Position numbers and translations under genes: made by a program. Below the pieces are notes generated by a model. That model did not search any database. It saw only the letters and a program-made list of their open reading frames with translations, and had not been told where the DNA came from. This document shows positions 34,532 through 46,997 of a stretch of 64,000 nucleotides of DNA, piece by piece; positions within the stretch are counted from its first letter, which is position 1; every line of letters begins with the position of its first letter. This DNA is from Podarcis melisellensis (lineage: Eukaryota), in the NCBI GenBank assembly GCA_964234715.1, contig OZ174276.1; one strand, given 5' to 3'.

Positions 34532-37500
34532 CTTTATACAGAGTGAAGCCCTGACTGGCAGCAGCTCTTCATGGCTTCAGAGCTGCTGCCTGAGATCATT
34601 TAAATGGAGTTGCGAAGGACTAAACACAGGACCTCATACAGGCAAGCCGCATGATTTTCTATGGATCCCCATGCACTGCTCATTATTTGACTTTGCTTGT
34701 GCTGCAACACTGCTAGGACTACCCAGTCCTATCCATACAAGTGGCTCTCATTCATCCCTTGTCTACTATTCCTCTGTCAGGCTGTAGTGCAGGAGTGAGG
34801 AACCTGCGGGGGCCGCCAGATGTCGCTGGCCTGCAACTCCCATCATCCCCAGTCACTGGCCATGTTGGCTGGGGGCTGTTGGGAGATGGGAGTCCCAATA
34901 GCGTCTCGACGGGCCACAGGTTTGCAACCTCTTGCTCCTTTAGATGGCAAGTTCTTTCTTGCAAAGAGATCTGCCTCTGTGTGAAACTCTGTTTATGTGG
35001 AGCATGGGTCATTCTTGACTGAAGCTTCGGGGGTATGCAATTGCATCTAAACAGCATGTATTTGGTAAAACAGCCTCCCCACCTGCCTCTGCCTTGATGG
35101 AGTTGCCACATTCAATACACTTGACAGTTCTATGCTGTCCTCTCTCTCTGGATGCAGAAACGCTCATAGTGTCCAAAAACTGCTAGGATGCTTTTGCCTT
35201 CAAAGAGCTAAACTTTGCATCTCCTCCCCCTTGGGATACTTGGAATGGGATCCTAGCCTGTCTTAGATTTATGGCTGGCATTTCATTTCTGCATCCACTG
35301 GAGCTTAAGTGAAGACATAAGAGGTGTTTGCGCGATGTTTCTTTCTTGGTTGTCCAGCAGCTTTCTTGGCAGAACCTAAAGAACAAATGTAGCAAACTGG
35401 GAAGGGAGAACAAACTTCCTCCTGGTTGATGGTGCAGCTGTCTCTTACTTGAGCAAGCCATGCGAATTGTTTTTGCGACATGCTGTTTCGTCTGTCCAAA
35501 TGTTGCATATGTATTTTTGCTGTATGCCAAGTAATTCCAGTCCAAGTTGACGAGAAAAATCCTAATAGTGTGATCTTTTACTTGTCTGCTCAGAAGTAAG
35601 CTCTGTGGAGTTCACTGGGGCTTCCTCCCATTGCAGTCCTACAAAGGATCCAAAGGTCAAACTCTGTTTGACTCTAAGACTTGGAGCAGGAGTAATCAGT
35701 ATGGGATCCTCCAGAGGGTGTTGGATTACAACTCCCAGCAGCCTCAGCTACCGTGGCCAAAGGCCAGAGATGATGGGAGCTGTGATCCAACAACATCTGG
35801 AGGATGCCATGTTGACTGCCTCTGGCTTAGAATCTAAGCAAACCACACCAAAGTTCAGCATTAGCAAAGAAGAGAGCCTGTACCTACTCTAGTAGCAGAC
35901 ATAAGCCACACGTTTCAGGGTCAGATAAAGTGAAGAGGCTGGCTTTTTCACAAACCCATGCATCACTGCTAGAGAATCAGAATAGGAACACACCATCTTA
36001 CAATGCACATTTTTCTCACCAGCCTTGCTTAGAAGCATACACCTCAGCTCTTGAAACCTGAATGAGAGCGTTCCTCTACAGCAATCTTTCCTAACCATGT
36101 GCCCATAGATACTGTTGAACTACAACCCTCATCGTCCTTGACCTTTGGCCATGCTGCCTGGGGATCACAGAGGCTGCATTGTAGCAGCGTCAGGGGATGT
36201 AAGGTTGGGGAAGGTTGTTCTACAGCCTGGATAACCACCTCCAGGTGACGGGCCAGATCCTGGATTTACCCACCCACAGTGGGCAGGGCTGCCCACCTAT
36301 CCATCACTTGATGTCACCATGATTCCAGGTAACCCATTTATCCTTTGCAAGATGGCTTGAGATCAAGCTATGCTGCAAAGGAAGATCCAGGTTGACCCAA
36401 GTCTGTGCTGATCAGTGACCTCAAGCCCTGCTTTCAGCAGGGGTTGGTTAATTTCCTGCATTCCCCATTATGGCTATTTATTTACTTGTTTCATGTTTGA
36501 ATCACTCCCCTGGAGGCACCTCAAAGCGATTTCTCCACCAGGACTTCTGCAGCACAGCCAAATCCTGGTGTCTGCTAGCCCCTCTTGGTTGCTGTGTCCA
36601 TACCTGATATGGTGTCTGGTGTGGGGCTTGTTGCTCATGGTTTGGGGAAAATGCCTTGCAGGGCCTAATTGGGGTGGAGACTTCCCACCACCTGCTCTAC
36701 AGCTTCATCAACATCAGTAGAGAAAGCCGTGGAGGAATTTCAAAATGATGCCATTGCCTGTTCACAAAGTGCTGTGTCAAGAGGGTGGCAATCCAAGATG
36801 TCAAACCATGGTATGAAGCTGACTTGAAAACCACAATTGTGTTCGCTGTCTAAGGTTACAGCTTGTTTGGCAAACTGCAGATTTGGGCACTGTTGTGCCA
36901 CTCAAGAGGAAATGGAAATTCTGTGTGAAATACTGTTGGAAATGGGAGTGACAAAGCTGAGGGCTGAGCAGGTGGGGAAGCAGACAAGTAACTGTAAACT
37001 GTGGTTTGCCTGTCTTCCATTTGGAAGCTCCCAACTATGGTTAGCACAAACTATTTGGGTGCCATCTTTGCTTCCTCCATTTCTTGGAAGGTGGAGGCGG
37101 ATGAAATTGCACAAATGTTAAAAATGCTCCACTGACCACAGGGAACACCAGCCAAGATTGAATGCAAACAATGCATAATGCTTTAGAAAGATGTTTAGCC
37201 GCTGGCCATGGCAAGTCTCCACACCTTTGCTGTCCAGATGACACTGCTAAGGGGGTGCTTTCTGGCAGTTGTGTAAGACTGCAGTTGGAACTTCTTATGT
37301 GTGGAAGCAGCCTCTTTTGGACTCTTCAAGAATTCTGGCCTCTGTAGATTAAAGCTGACACTTAAATTGCTTCCAGAAAACAACATGTAGCCAATGCAAA
37401 TGTTGGAATTGTAATGTTCCATGAGCACCTCTTCCAGCCAGTCAGGAAGCAGGTTGTTTCATTCCACACCAGCTGAAGATTCCAGTCGCTCAAGAAGTAG

Positions 37501-38776
37501 CCCCATGGAATTACTTTATTCAGATTTTTTTTTGCTTTTTGCTTTTGGGGAGGCCAAAAGGAACGGACGTCCACTCTCCCAATGAAACTATTTTCACCAG
37601 ATGTGAATCTTCAGAAAGAATTTTGAGAGTTCCGAATGAAATGCCACATTTAAAAGCTCCACAGCCCACAATAATTTGGTGAACAAACCTCATGCCTATG
37701 TGGAAGTGGGCGAATGAGCAATGACTTGGGGGTTGGTTTATTTCTTTCACCCAGCAAACCCACAATTGCTGATTTGGATGGACTGTGTAGCTTTCATACA
37801 ACCCAGCATGTATTTGCTTTATAGCTGTTTGGTACAGCGTCCAGTATTCGTCCACAGAGCCATTCATATTTACACATCTGTTGGGAGCAAATGCTTTGTG
37901 TACGTGAAAAGGTTGTTTCCTCTTCCGGGAAGCAGGGGTGCCAGAATTATTTAAATGAATGCAAATTTGAAATTGTCCATTGATGACTGTTAAGGCTGAG
38001 TAGAAGAAACAAATTGCTTGAACTATCTATAGTCAGCCTAGATAAAGCTATCTAGAAGAAACCCCTAGTGACTGATCAGTTATTACTATCTACAAGTAAA
38101 ATTTGGAGAGGTGGATCACATCCCTGTCTAGAAATATTTATTTATTGATCCCCCGCAATGGACTTTGGGGTGATGCAGGGGCTGTTAAATATTTGGGAAA
38201 CTGAGCGTCCTGTTTGTTTGGAGCTGGTGTTGTTCTGCAGGGCCAGTGCAAATTCTGGCAAATGCTTTTATCTGAAGCTCTGTAGTAAATAAAGGATGCC
38301 TTCACAGCAAGTCTGCATGTTCTTTCTCCTTGTCAGACAAAACAGATCTTTCCACAAATATTAGGCCTGATCTGTGTAATATGTGTGCCATTTGGAAAGC
38401 CCTTGTCTGCGCTCCATGTATCCCTGGTTGTGTTTTCTGCAGCTATGGCATGCGTTGGCCCATTTTGTAGTTCAGGTGTCCAGGACATCCATTGCTCATG
38501 TGCAGTTGTCAATATATGAACGGCCCAGCCTAGCGCAGATGGAAAGTGCATTAAAATGGGACTGGACATGCATGGAAAGCTTTGCTGGGAAATGGAGAAC
38601 CTATCTCCCTCTAGATGATCCCAGGCTACGAGTCCCGTCATCCTTAGCTGTTGACCTTGCTAGGTGGGGACTGATGGGAGCTCAAGTCCAACAACAACAA
38701 AAATTGGGCTGGCGACCAGTCCACTGTTTTTTTCTTGAAGTGTAATTGTGTTCAGCAGGACATACTATTCATAGAG

Positions 38777-38912
38777 TCATAGAATTACAGAGTTGGAAGG
38801 GACTAAGAGGGTCATCTAGTCCAACCCTCTGCAACAGAGGAATCTTTTGCCCAATGTGGGGCTCAAACCCACTACCCCGAGATTAAGAATCTCATGCTCT
38901 ATTAACTGAGCT
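38777..38912 (-). mobile_element. tRNA-Lys(CTT)-derived SINE with the same CR1-type tail
   Basis: Reverse complement reads AGCTCAGTTAATAGAGCATGAGATTCTTAATCTCGGGGTAGTGGGTTTGAGCCCCACATTGGGC followed by the tail. Confidence 0.82.
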
Positions 38913-38958
38913 GAAAACGGTTTGTGTGTTGGAACACCCTTAAAGAAAGCACCTATCT

Positions 38959-39122
38959 AGGGTTGCCATATTTCAAGAAGTGAAATCCCCCCAAAATGAA
39001 GTTTTTAAGCTATTCCTTAGGAAATTCACCCCCCCAATCAACAGTTCCCATATGCATTTTCCCAGTCATTTTGACCAATTTTCAAAAAAATTCGCTCAAA
39101 TGGCATTCTGGATGGCAGCCCT
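38959..39122. mobile_element. Small MITE with AGGGTTGCCA / TGGCAGCCCT ends
   Basis: 10-bp imperfect terminal inverted repeats. Confidence 0.5.
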
Positions 39123-41316
39123 GATTTACGTATGGCAGCTTTCATTTATACTAACATTCATGTAGTATGTAGTCTCAATGACTTTTGGAATAATAGGCTC
39201 TACAATAAAGATTATAGAGAAAGGCAACCATGGCTCATCCTTTGGATTTAGGCTAACAGTAATGCATGAACAAAAGCAGGCGATATCCCTATCACAGCAG
39301 CAAACACAAAATTTGGCTAATATGCACACATTTTAAAAAGTTGTGTGTGTGTGTGTGTGTGTGTGTGTCTGGGTTCCCTGAATGATCAGGGTTCCTAGGT
39401 GTGCACACAGGTGTTTAAAGAAACCTGTATATTATACAGGCTTTCCTTCTTAAATGACAGAGCAAAGATGGGGAGACCAGTGGTTCTCTAGATGATCTTG
39501 AAGGAGTCCCCCTCCCATCATCCCTGACTATTGGCCAGCTGTCTGGAGCTGATGGGAGTTGCAGTCTAACAACATCTGGAAGGCCACTGGTTCCCCATCC
39601 CTGGGCTAGAGCCATGAAAGTCACAGTGAAGGCATGCAGTGGGTGAAAAGAGACCTTCCAAGGATGTCCCTCAGACATGGAGCAAGCCTAGCTTTGCAAC
39701 TGAAGTGCCAGGTGGGCCTGTCTAGGAAAAGAATTCTGGCTTAGTCATCTGTCTCTCATTGATTGGGCCAAGTTGCATGTTGCAGTCTTCATGACGAGCC
39801 AGCCAGTCAGACCAGGCATAGCCAGCTTGTGCTTCAGATCTGCAGAACTACACCAAACCATAAGCCTGAGATTGATCCTGGAGCAGAAACATTCATTCAA
39901 GCTCAATGCAGTGAGGAAATTACAGAGTGGCCCTATTGCTCTGAAATGTTGCATGTCTTCATCCTAAGTTACACATACGCACACAAACACAGAGGGGGCA
40001 AACACAGGCAGTTCACATTCACAGGTTCAGCCCACATTGGGACTTACAGATCCCACCACTGGAAATTTCCACAATTCCTGCTTTCCATATTACAAAAGGA
40101 GTAGGGACAAAAGCCATACCACTCTGCCAAACAGCAGCTGTTCTTCCTGTTTTCAGTGCGCCATATGTAACAGTTAGATGTAAATGCTGGCAGGCAAAAC
40201 CATATTCCAGTTTGCAATATGCCTTTTTAATCCTATTTGTATCCTAATTTACATGCATATACAGACACCGAAACGAGCAAACTCAGTAAAGAAATTATCA
40301 AGAGGGGGAGGCGTAGTAACCAGATTGCAGAAGTTAGGAAGCAGAACATATTGTCATTTTGCCCTGCAGGGTTGTTTTTGTTTTTGCACATAGAGATTTC
40401 TTTAGGCATAAGCTCTCTGCAACTTGGGGCCTGGATTTCTGAAGAAACACTTGCTTTTTGTATAGACCTGCTCATTTGCTAAGATAATTGGAGCAGGCTT
40501 TTCTGGTGGAGCTACTGCTAGTTGAGGTACAGGGTGTGACAACCCAACGGAGGGCCTTTTCTGTGTTGGCTCTTGGTTTCAACCGTGATGAACTTTTATG
40601 CAGGCCTTCCTGTTTATTCTGGCATTTGCTGGCTACTAATTCTAAGCTCAGAATAATATACATTGCTAGTTATGGAGGATGTAATTTGTCCGTGGTTTCT
40701 AATGTTTTAATATGTATCTGTTTGTACTGGAATGAATAAATATCATGCCACCATTCTGATTTTATCTGTACGATGTGTTGTTAGCCAGTCTAGGGTCCTT
40801 CAAGAGGAAAGGCAGAAGAATTGTTGTTGTTGTTGTTGTTAGGCGACTTCCAACATATATAAAAACATAATATTCTATGAACCACTCAAATATTATTCAG
40901 TTGATGAGCAGTATATATAAACTCTTAAAGTAAATAAAAGAATAAATGTTTTTCAGCGAAGTTTGACTGTGGAAGAGGAAGAAACCGTTTTGACACATGA
41001 CTAGTTATCTGAAGGCCCAGCTCCAAGTTTGTGTAGGCCTGTGGGCAAAAGACAGCAGATTGGTCAAATACTCAGCCCATCAACCTGCCTCTCTGTTCTA
41101 CAACCACCTACGAGAATCTCTGAAGTAGGGCTGTCAAATTCTCTTTTCTTAAATGAGTGAAGGAGGTGGAGTTTCAGGGCTGGAGTTTGAGCCAGTACTA
41201 TTTAAGCACCCTTTTTGTTGTTGTTGGGCAGCGGGAGATGCTTCCATGTTTGTTTCATTGCATCTTAGCTGAGTACCTTGTTTGAAAAATAACAATTTGT
41301 ATCCCTTTACTTCTAG

Positions 41317-41419
41317 TGATGGGATCCCTCCATACAGACTCGGGAGCAAAAAGCAACTCCAGCGGGAAATACATCGGAGCGTCAAGGCCAACGGTCAAGT
41401 TTCTCTACCTCACTTTCCA
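41317..41419 (+). CDS. AXIN2: AXIN2 exon 4 (103 nt): DGIPPYRLGSKKQLQREIHRSVKANGQVSLPHFP
   Basis: Acceptor ttctag|T, donor CCA|gtaagt. Phase 2 to 0. Confidence 0.97.
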
Positions 41420-41525
41420 GTAAGTACTTGAGTTTGTTCAGGCGATAGAGAGAACCCATCAAGACTTACTTGCCCTAAAAGTGTGCTAAGCAAAACTGGG
41501 AAGAGAGAAGCCCCTAGAAATGGCA

Positions 41526-42361
41526 GTCTACCAAAATGCAAACACAACACGCTGGCTAATAACTGTTAGTAAATATATAATCGGCATGATGTCATTCAAA
41601 ATATANNNNNNNNNNNNNNNNNNNNNNNNNNNNNNNNNNNNNNNNNNNNNNNNNNNNNNNNNNNNNNNNNNNNNNNNNNNNNNNNNNNNNNNNNNNNNNN
41701 NNNNNNNNNNNNNNNNNNNNNNNNNNNNNNNNNNNNNNNNNNNNCACAAAATATACAAGTAACTGCAACTTGTTATATGTATCAGAGTCAAACAAAGATC
41801 ACTTCATCAGCAGCTACATTATCCAGTGATACCCACTAGTATGATCTTCACTAGTATATATATTTCATTGATAATTATTCGCTGATAAAGACTTTATTCC
41901 GAAACAGTTGAACTATTCCGAATGCACTGTCCTTTCCAGACTTTTGTGAGACGTCTTCCTTTGAGAGACGGTTTGGTGTTCCTCGCTATTCATTGGTTGT
42001 TTGAATCTTTGTTTGACTCTGATACATATAACAACTTGCACTTGTATATTNNNNNNNNNNNNNNNNNNNNNNNNNNNNNNNNNNNNNNNNNNNNNNNNNN
42101 NNNNNNNNNNNNNNNNNNNNNNNNNNNNNNNNNNNNNNNNNNNNNNNNNNNNNNNNNNNNNNNNNNNNNNNNNNNNNNNNNNNNNNNNNNNNNNNNNNNN
42201 NNNNNNNNNNNNNNNNNNNNNNNNNNNNNNNNNNNNNNNNNNNNNTTTATATATTTTGAATGACATCATGCCGATTATATATTTACAAACAGTTATTAGC
42301 CAGCGACTTGCATTTGCATTTTTGTAGATTGTCACATTTTGCAACACAGGGGTTTGTGTTT
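41526..42361. mobile_element. Foldback insertion, probably a Penelope-like element remnant (inverted pLTR)
   Basis: Inverted arms at about 41526-41799 and 42005-42330. 13-bp flanking direct repeat CCTAGAAATGGCA (41513-41525, 42362-42374). Hammerhead-like motif at 41877-41923. Confidence 0.6.
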
Positions 42362-43460
42362 CCTAGAAATGGCACAGCAGGCTCACTGCCCACATCCTAT
42401 GAATGGTGCTTACCTGGGGCAACTGGACTCATCTTCACTGGAGGCAGTAGCGATGGAGTTCCACGCTTCTTCCAACCAGCATAAGGGGACATAGGAAACA
42501 GCCCTGTTTGTCCATCCAGCCTAGTTTTGTCTACTCTGATTGGCAGCAGCTCTTCGGGGTTTTAGGCCAACAGCCTTTCTTATCACCCGACTATCTGATA
42601 CTTACTGTTTTTATTTTTACACTTGAGATGGAGGTTCTTCTGCATGCAACACACATCCTCTTTCATGGGGGCTATGTATTCTCTCCAGCTTTTTTGCTCT
42701 TTGTGTTCTATGGACATAAAAACCTCTCAGAGGCAAGATAGGCCATGTCATTAAGCTTCCTTCATAGTGTGGCGGCGGCAGTAGGGATTGAAGCCAATCT
42801 CTGTTCATATCTGAGCTACTTTGTCCAGTCATGGCACTTTGATAAGGCTATGCAATCTCTAGATGAATTTAGCCTTGATGCCTTTTTGAGCCATTCCTTG
42901 TTGTTGCTTGCTTCAATATAGGAGAGAGATGGAATGCTTATCCGTTGGGTGGTGTTTGGTTTGGCTTGGTTAGAATGCAAAGTTGCATCAGCCTAAAATA
43001 AAAGAAGAGGAAGGAATGTACAAGATGGTGGAAGACAGATCCAAGCATCCCTCCCTCCCTTCCTTCCTTCCTTCCTTCCTTCCTTCCTTCCTTCCTTCCT
43101 TCCTTCCTTCCTTCCTTCCTTGTATAGCTAAACAAGATACCAGGTGCCTTACACCAGCAGTTATCCAACATGTTTAGATAAGCTTCCTAAAAATGTACTT
43201 CCAGAGTTTCATTCCTGGTGCACGAGAAATTCTTTCTAGGTTTAAACCTGAAAGTTTTCCGCCTGCCTCTTTTCCCTCAATGTTTCCTTTTTGCTGGCTA
43301 CGAAAAACCCGTATCCCTGTCACTCTGAGTACCATATGCTAAGGGCAGTGGGCAGGTCAAAAGGTTACCTGGCTGTTTCCTTCATACTCTGCCTTGTGAG
43401 CTTCTAGACTAGGTATGGGCAAGCCTGGGGCCAGGGGTAGACTTTGGTAATAAGACACCC

Positions 43461-43941
43461 TGTTGTTGTTTAGTCGTTTAGTCGTGTCCGACTCTTTGTG
43501 ACCCCATGGACCAGAGCACGCCAAGCACTCCTGTCTTCCACTGCCTCCTGCAGTTTGGTCAAACTCATGCTGGTAGCTTCAAGAACACTGTCCAACCATC
43601 TCGTCCTCGGTCGTCCCCTTCTCCTTGTGCCCTCCATCTTTCCCAACATCAGGGTCTTTTCCAGGGAGTCTTCTCTTCTCATGAGGTGGCCAAAGTATTG
43701 GAGCCCCAGTCCTTTTCTTCTTCCAGTGAGTACTCAGGGCTGATTTCCTTCAGAATGGATAGGTTTGATCTTCTTGCAATCCATGGGACTCTCAAGAGTC
43801 TCCTGCAGCACCATAATTCAAAAGCATCAATTCTTCGGCGATCAGCCTTCTTTATGGTCCAGCTCTCACTTCCATACATCATTACTGGGAAAACCATAGC
43901 TTTAACTATACGGACCTTTGTTGGCAAGGTGATGTCTCTGC
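43461..43941 (-). mobile_element. RTE-BovB LINE 3' fragment, 5'-truncated and frameshifted
   Basis: Minus-strand ORFs read RDITLPTKVRIVKAMVFPVMMYGSESWTIKKADRRRIDAFELWC and EDSLEKTLMLGKMEGTRRRGRPRTRWLD...HGVTKSRTRLND. (CAA)n tail. Confidence 0.93.
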
Positions 43942-45461
43942 TGAGAGAGGACAAAATTGGGCGCCCCTCCTAAATATTCCTTATTTTCAGAAGTATTGAG
44001 TAGATACCCCTATACGTATAGGATGATGATGATTTCGTGTGTCCCCCAACTCTGCATCCTGTGGGGGCGGGGACCACCCGCACCAACCTAAATCCAGGCA
44101 AAAATGATGGGAGCTGTAGTCCCATAGTGTCCGAAGTGCCACTGTTACAGAAGCACCTGCCAAACAGTAGAATCCCAAGTGAGGAGGGTGGTCTTGCACT
44201 CAGGTCCTGCTTTTGCAGTCTTCTTATGCTGTCACATATCTTTTACCCCATTGGAAATTGGAGACTTGACGGATGTTTGATATGATCCTGCAAGACTTCT
44301 CTGTATGTTCTTTCTTGTTTCCATTTTCCTGTATGACTCCTTTTCCAATTTGACATACTTCCCCCCTCCCCACTGTGTTCTCTTTTCACACTGGCCTCCA
44401 TGTGCCAAGCCACCATTGGAAAGATGAATTCTGGGTAGAACTCCCCCTCCTCATCCTCCTCCCAAACACTGCCTCTTTTCTGAGGACACTGAATATGGAC
44501 TTGCCTTCTGGTATGTTTGCACCATGTTGATTAGCTCTGAAGAACTGATATGAAGTGTCCCCCCTCCTACCCATTTTAAGCCACATGAATGGAAGGCTAG
44601 GGGGGAAATGGGGGGGGGGGAGAGACTCTTCTTAAATCTCTCCCCTAACTTCCACATCTGCTTTCCACCCTTTCTTTCTTTTTTTCTAAAAAAAAAAAGG
44701 GATCATGCTTTGCATTTTCTGGTCTGCTCCAGGACGTCAAAGAGAGAGAAACACACCAGGAGAAATCCTGTGTTCATTGAAGTCACTGGGAGTTCTGCTA
44801 TTTGTTTGAGCAGAGCCAGGATTTCTACCACCACTTACAACTTCTTGGCAGGAAATAGACATGCCAGCCTCTGCAAAGGAAAGAGGATATTTGTACCAAA
44901 TATGTGCCTTCAAAAATTAAAAATAAATTAAAAAACCAGTGTTTTTTCTGCCTCTTGGGTTTCAAGGAAAGCAGCTAATCTGGTTCTATATGTTTTGGAA
45001 GGTTGGCTTGCCCTCTCCTTTAAAGTACAGAAGATTTGAGGGAGATGCTGGTGTGATTCTTCTAGCGAGGCATTTCTCTGCAAAACTGTTTACCCAGACA
45101 AGTGCTAACCTATCTTGTCTCATGATTTGTGTAACCAAATCCCTCTCCTTATGTAGTAGAGAAAACATTAGTAGATAGGTAGGTAGGCAGATTGATAATT
45201 TGAGGTGTACGGAGATGTTTTGTGTATGTGCGCGCTCTCTCTTTATTTATTTATTATATTTCCCTATCCCTTCCATAAAGAAAGTTCTATAGCCTCCGCT
45301 TGTAAATTAGATTATTTTGTCCTGGGGCGTGCAAATCGACTTTCTCTGTAAGGCAGTGCTTTGATCAGGGAACTGAATAGAGCCAGCTTGTGTAAGAGTG
45401 ACAATTTCCAGCAGAGTGGCCTTTTTCTACCCTCACATCATTTCTGAAGCTAAGTGGTTGC

Positions 45462-45499
<38 letters not shown>

Positions 45500-46483
45500 C
45501 CCCACCTCATCTCATGGGTAGTATGTGAAAGAGCTGGCAGTTCGGCTTTCTGCTTTAAAAAATAAAAATACAATAAAATGTGTGTTTGTGTGTGCGTGTG
45601 CCTGCAGAATTTAAGGGTAAAGGCAAAAAGAAACGGAGGGGAGTACTTGTGGGGAGATGAGAGCAGCGATTGTGGGTGGGTGGGGGTCTTTCCTAGCTCC
45701 TTTTGGCAGAGATTCTCTCGCCTGCTTTTTTATATTCTACACTTGATTTGGAGATGTTCCCTTTTCCCTTGATAGATCTGCTTGAGGCAGCCACGCTCAG
45801 CAGTGTAGCACTGCTTGCCTGCAGCAGCTTCCTTCATTTTCTGTACAAAGAGATGGAGGGCAGGGAGAGGGGGGGAGTGAGAGAGAAAAAGAGAGAGAGA
45901 GGGAGATCTAGGACACTGTTGAGACAACACTACCTCAAAGGTGCCCAGTGTGTAGCCAGGAAATAAATTACCAGCACTTCTCTGATCTGCAACCGTTTGA
46001 CTTCTCTTTTTCTCCCCCCCTCAGTTCCCTTCCCTTTCCCCCCCCCCAAACATCTTATTATATTTTTTTTTAATTTCCAACTCCTTTCTGTTTATACTCC
46101 ACTTTTATTCCTTGAGTTAAAGTCTCTCCCTCCCACCTCNNNNNNNNNNNNNNNNNNNNNNNNNNNNNNNNNNNNNNNNNNNNNNNNNNNNNNNNNNNNN
46201 NNNNNNNNNNNNNNNNNNNNNNNNNNNNNNNNNNNNNNNNNNNNNNNNNNNNNNNNNNNNNNNNNNNNNNNNNNNNNNNTATTGGGGAGAATGTCACTCC
46301 ATGAGGCCGCGGCAACGGCTCATAAAAATCCAGAGCAGACCATGCCTGGTTGCGGACTCCTTTTCATCCAAACATGGAGACGCAACCAGCTGAACGGGGC
46401 CAGGAATGCCGCATGGGCTGAGCTGCCTCGGTTTCCGCCGCCTGCTAAACATGGCTCGCTGTTTTTGTCCCTGCTCTGTGTAG

Positions 46484-46624
46484 CGAACCCACCGCCTTCC
46501 TAAGGAAATGACCCCCGTGGAACCGGCCACCTTCGCAGCCGAGCTCATCTCTCGGCTGGAGAAGCTCAAGCGGGAGCAAGAGACCATGGACTGCTTGGAA
46601 GAGAGGCTGCAGCAAATCACAGAG
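46484..46624 (+). CDS. AXIN2: AXIN2 exon 5 (141 nt): GSK3-binding helix RTHRLPKEMTPVEPATFAAELISRLEKLK...
   Basis: Acceptor ctgtgtag|C, donor GAG|gtaggt. Contains the VEPxxFAxELIxRLE motif. Confidence 0.97.
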
Positions 46625-46997
46625 GTAGGTGGATTAACCCTTTCAGGGGCGGACGCCTGCTGGGCTGCAGCCTCCCTTGGCTAGGAGGGGGGAGGGAGGG
46701 AAGGAGGGGGTAGCAGAGGCGGGGGTTCGAAGCGGGATGTTAAGAGATGGCAAGACCACGGGGCTTCTTCGTTCCTCTTCTACTTAGGGGCAAGCTGTTG
46801 ATTCTCCTGCCTTTAAAACCCGAAAATGCAAATGATTCCCTCTTCCCGTTTTCTCTGCGTGCCTCTTGGTATTTAAAAGACAATAATGGACCTGGCCGCA
46901 CCCCCCTTGTAGGTCTGTTATCTCCTCTACTGGAGCAGTTTCTCAATCACCCTTGTTCAGCTCTGCAGATGGATTGATTTGTGTTTTGCCCTTGAAG

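Noticed and set aside
41802-41810. Second hammerhead core (CTGATGAAG on the minus strand)
   Set aside because: No GAAA box or stems follow it, because it is cut at the inversion junction.
43506-43973. 155-aa plus-strand ORF
   Set aside because: Antisense frame of the BovB fragment.
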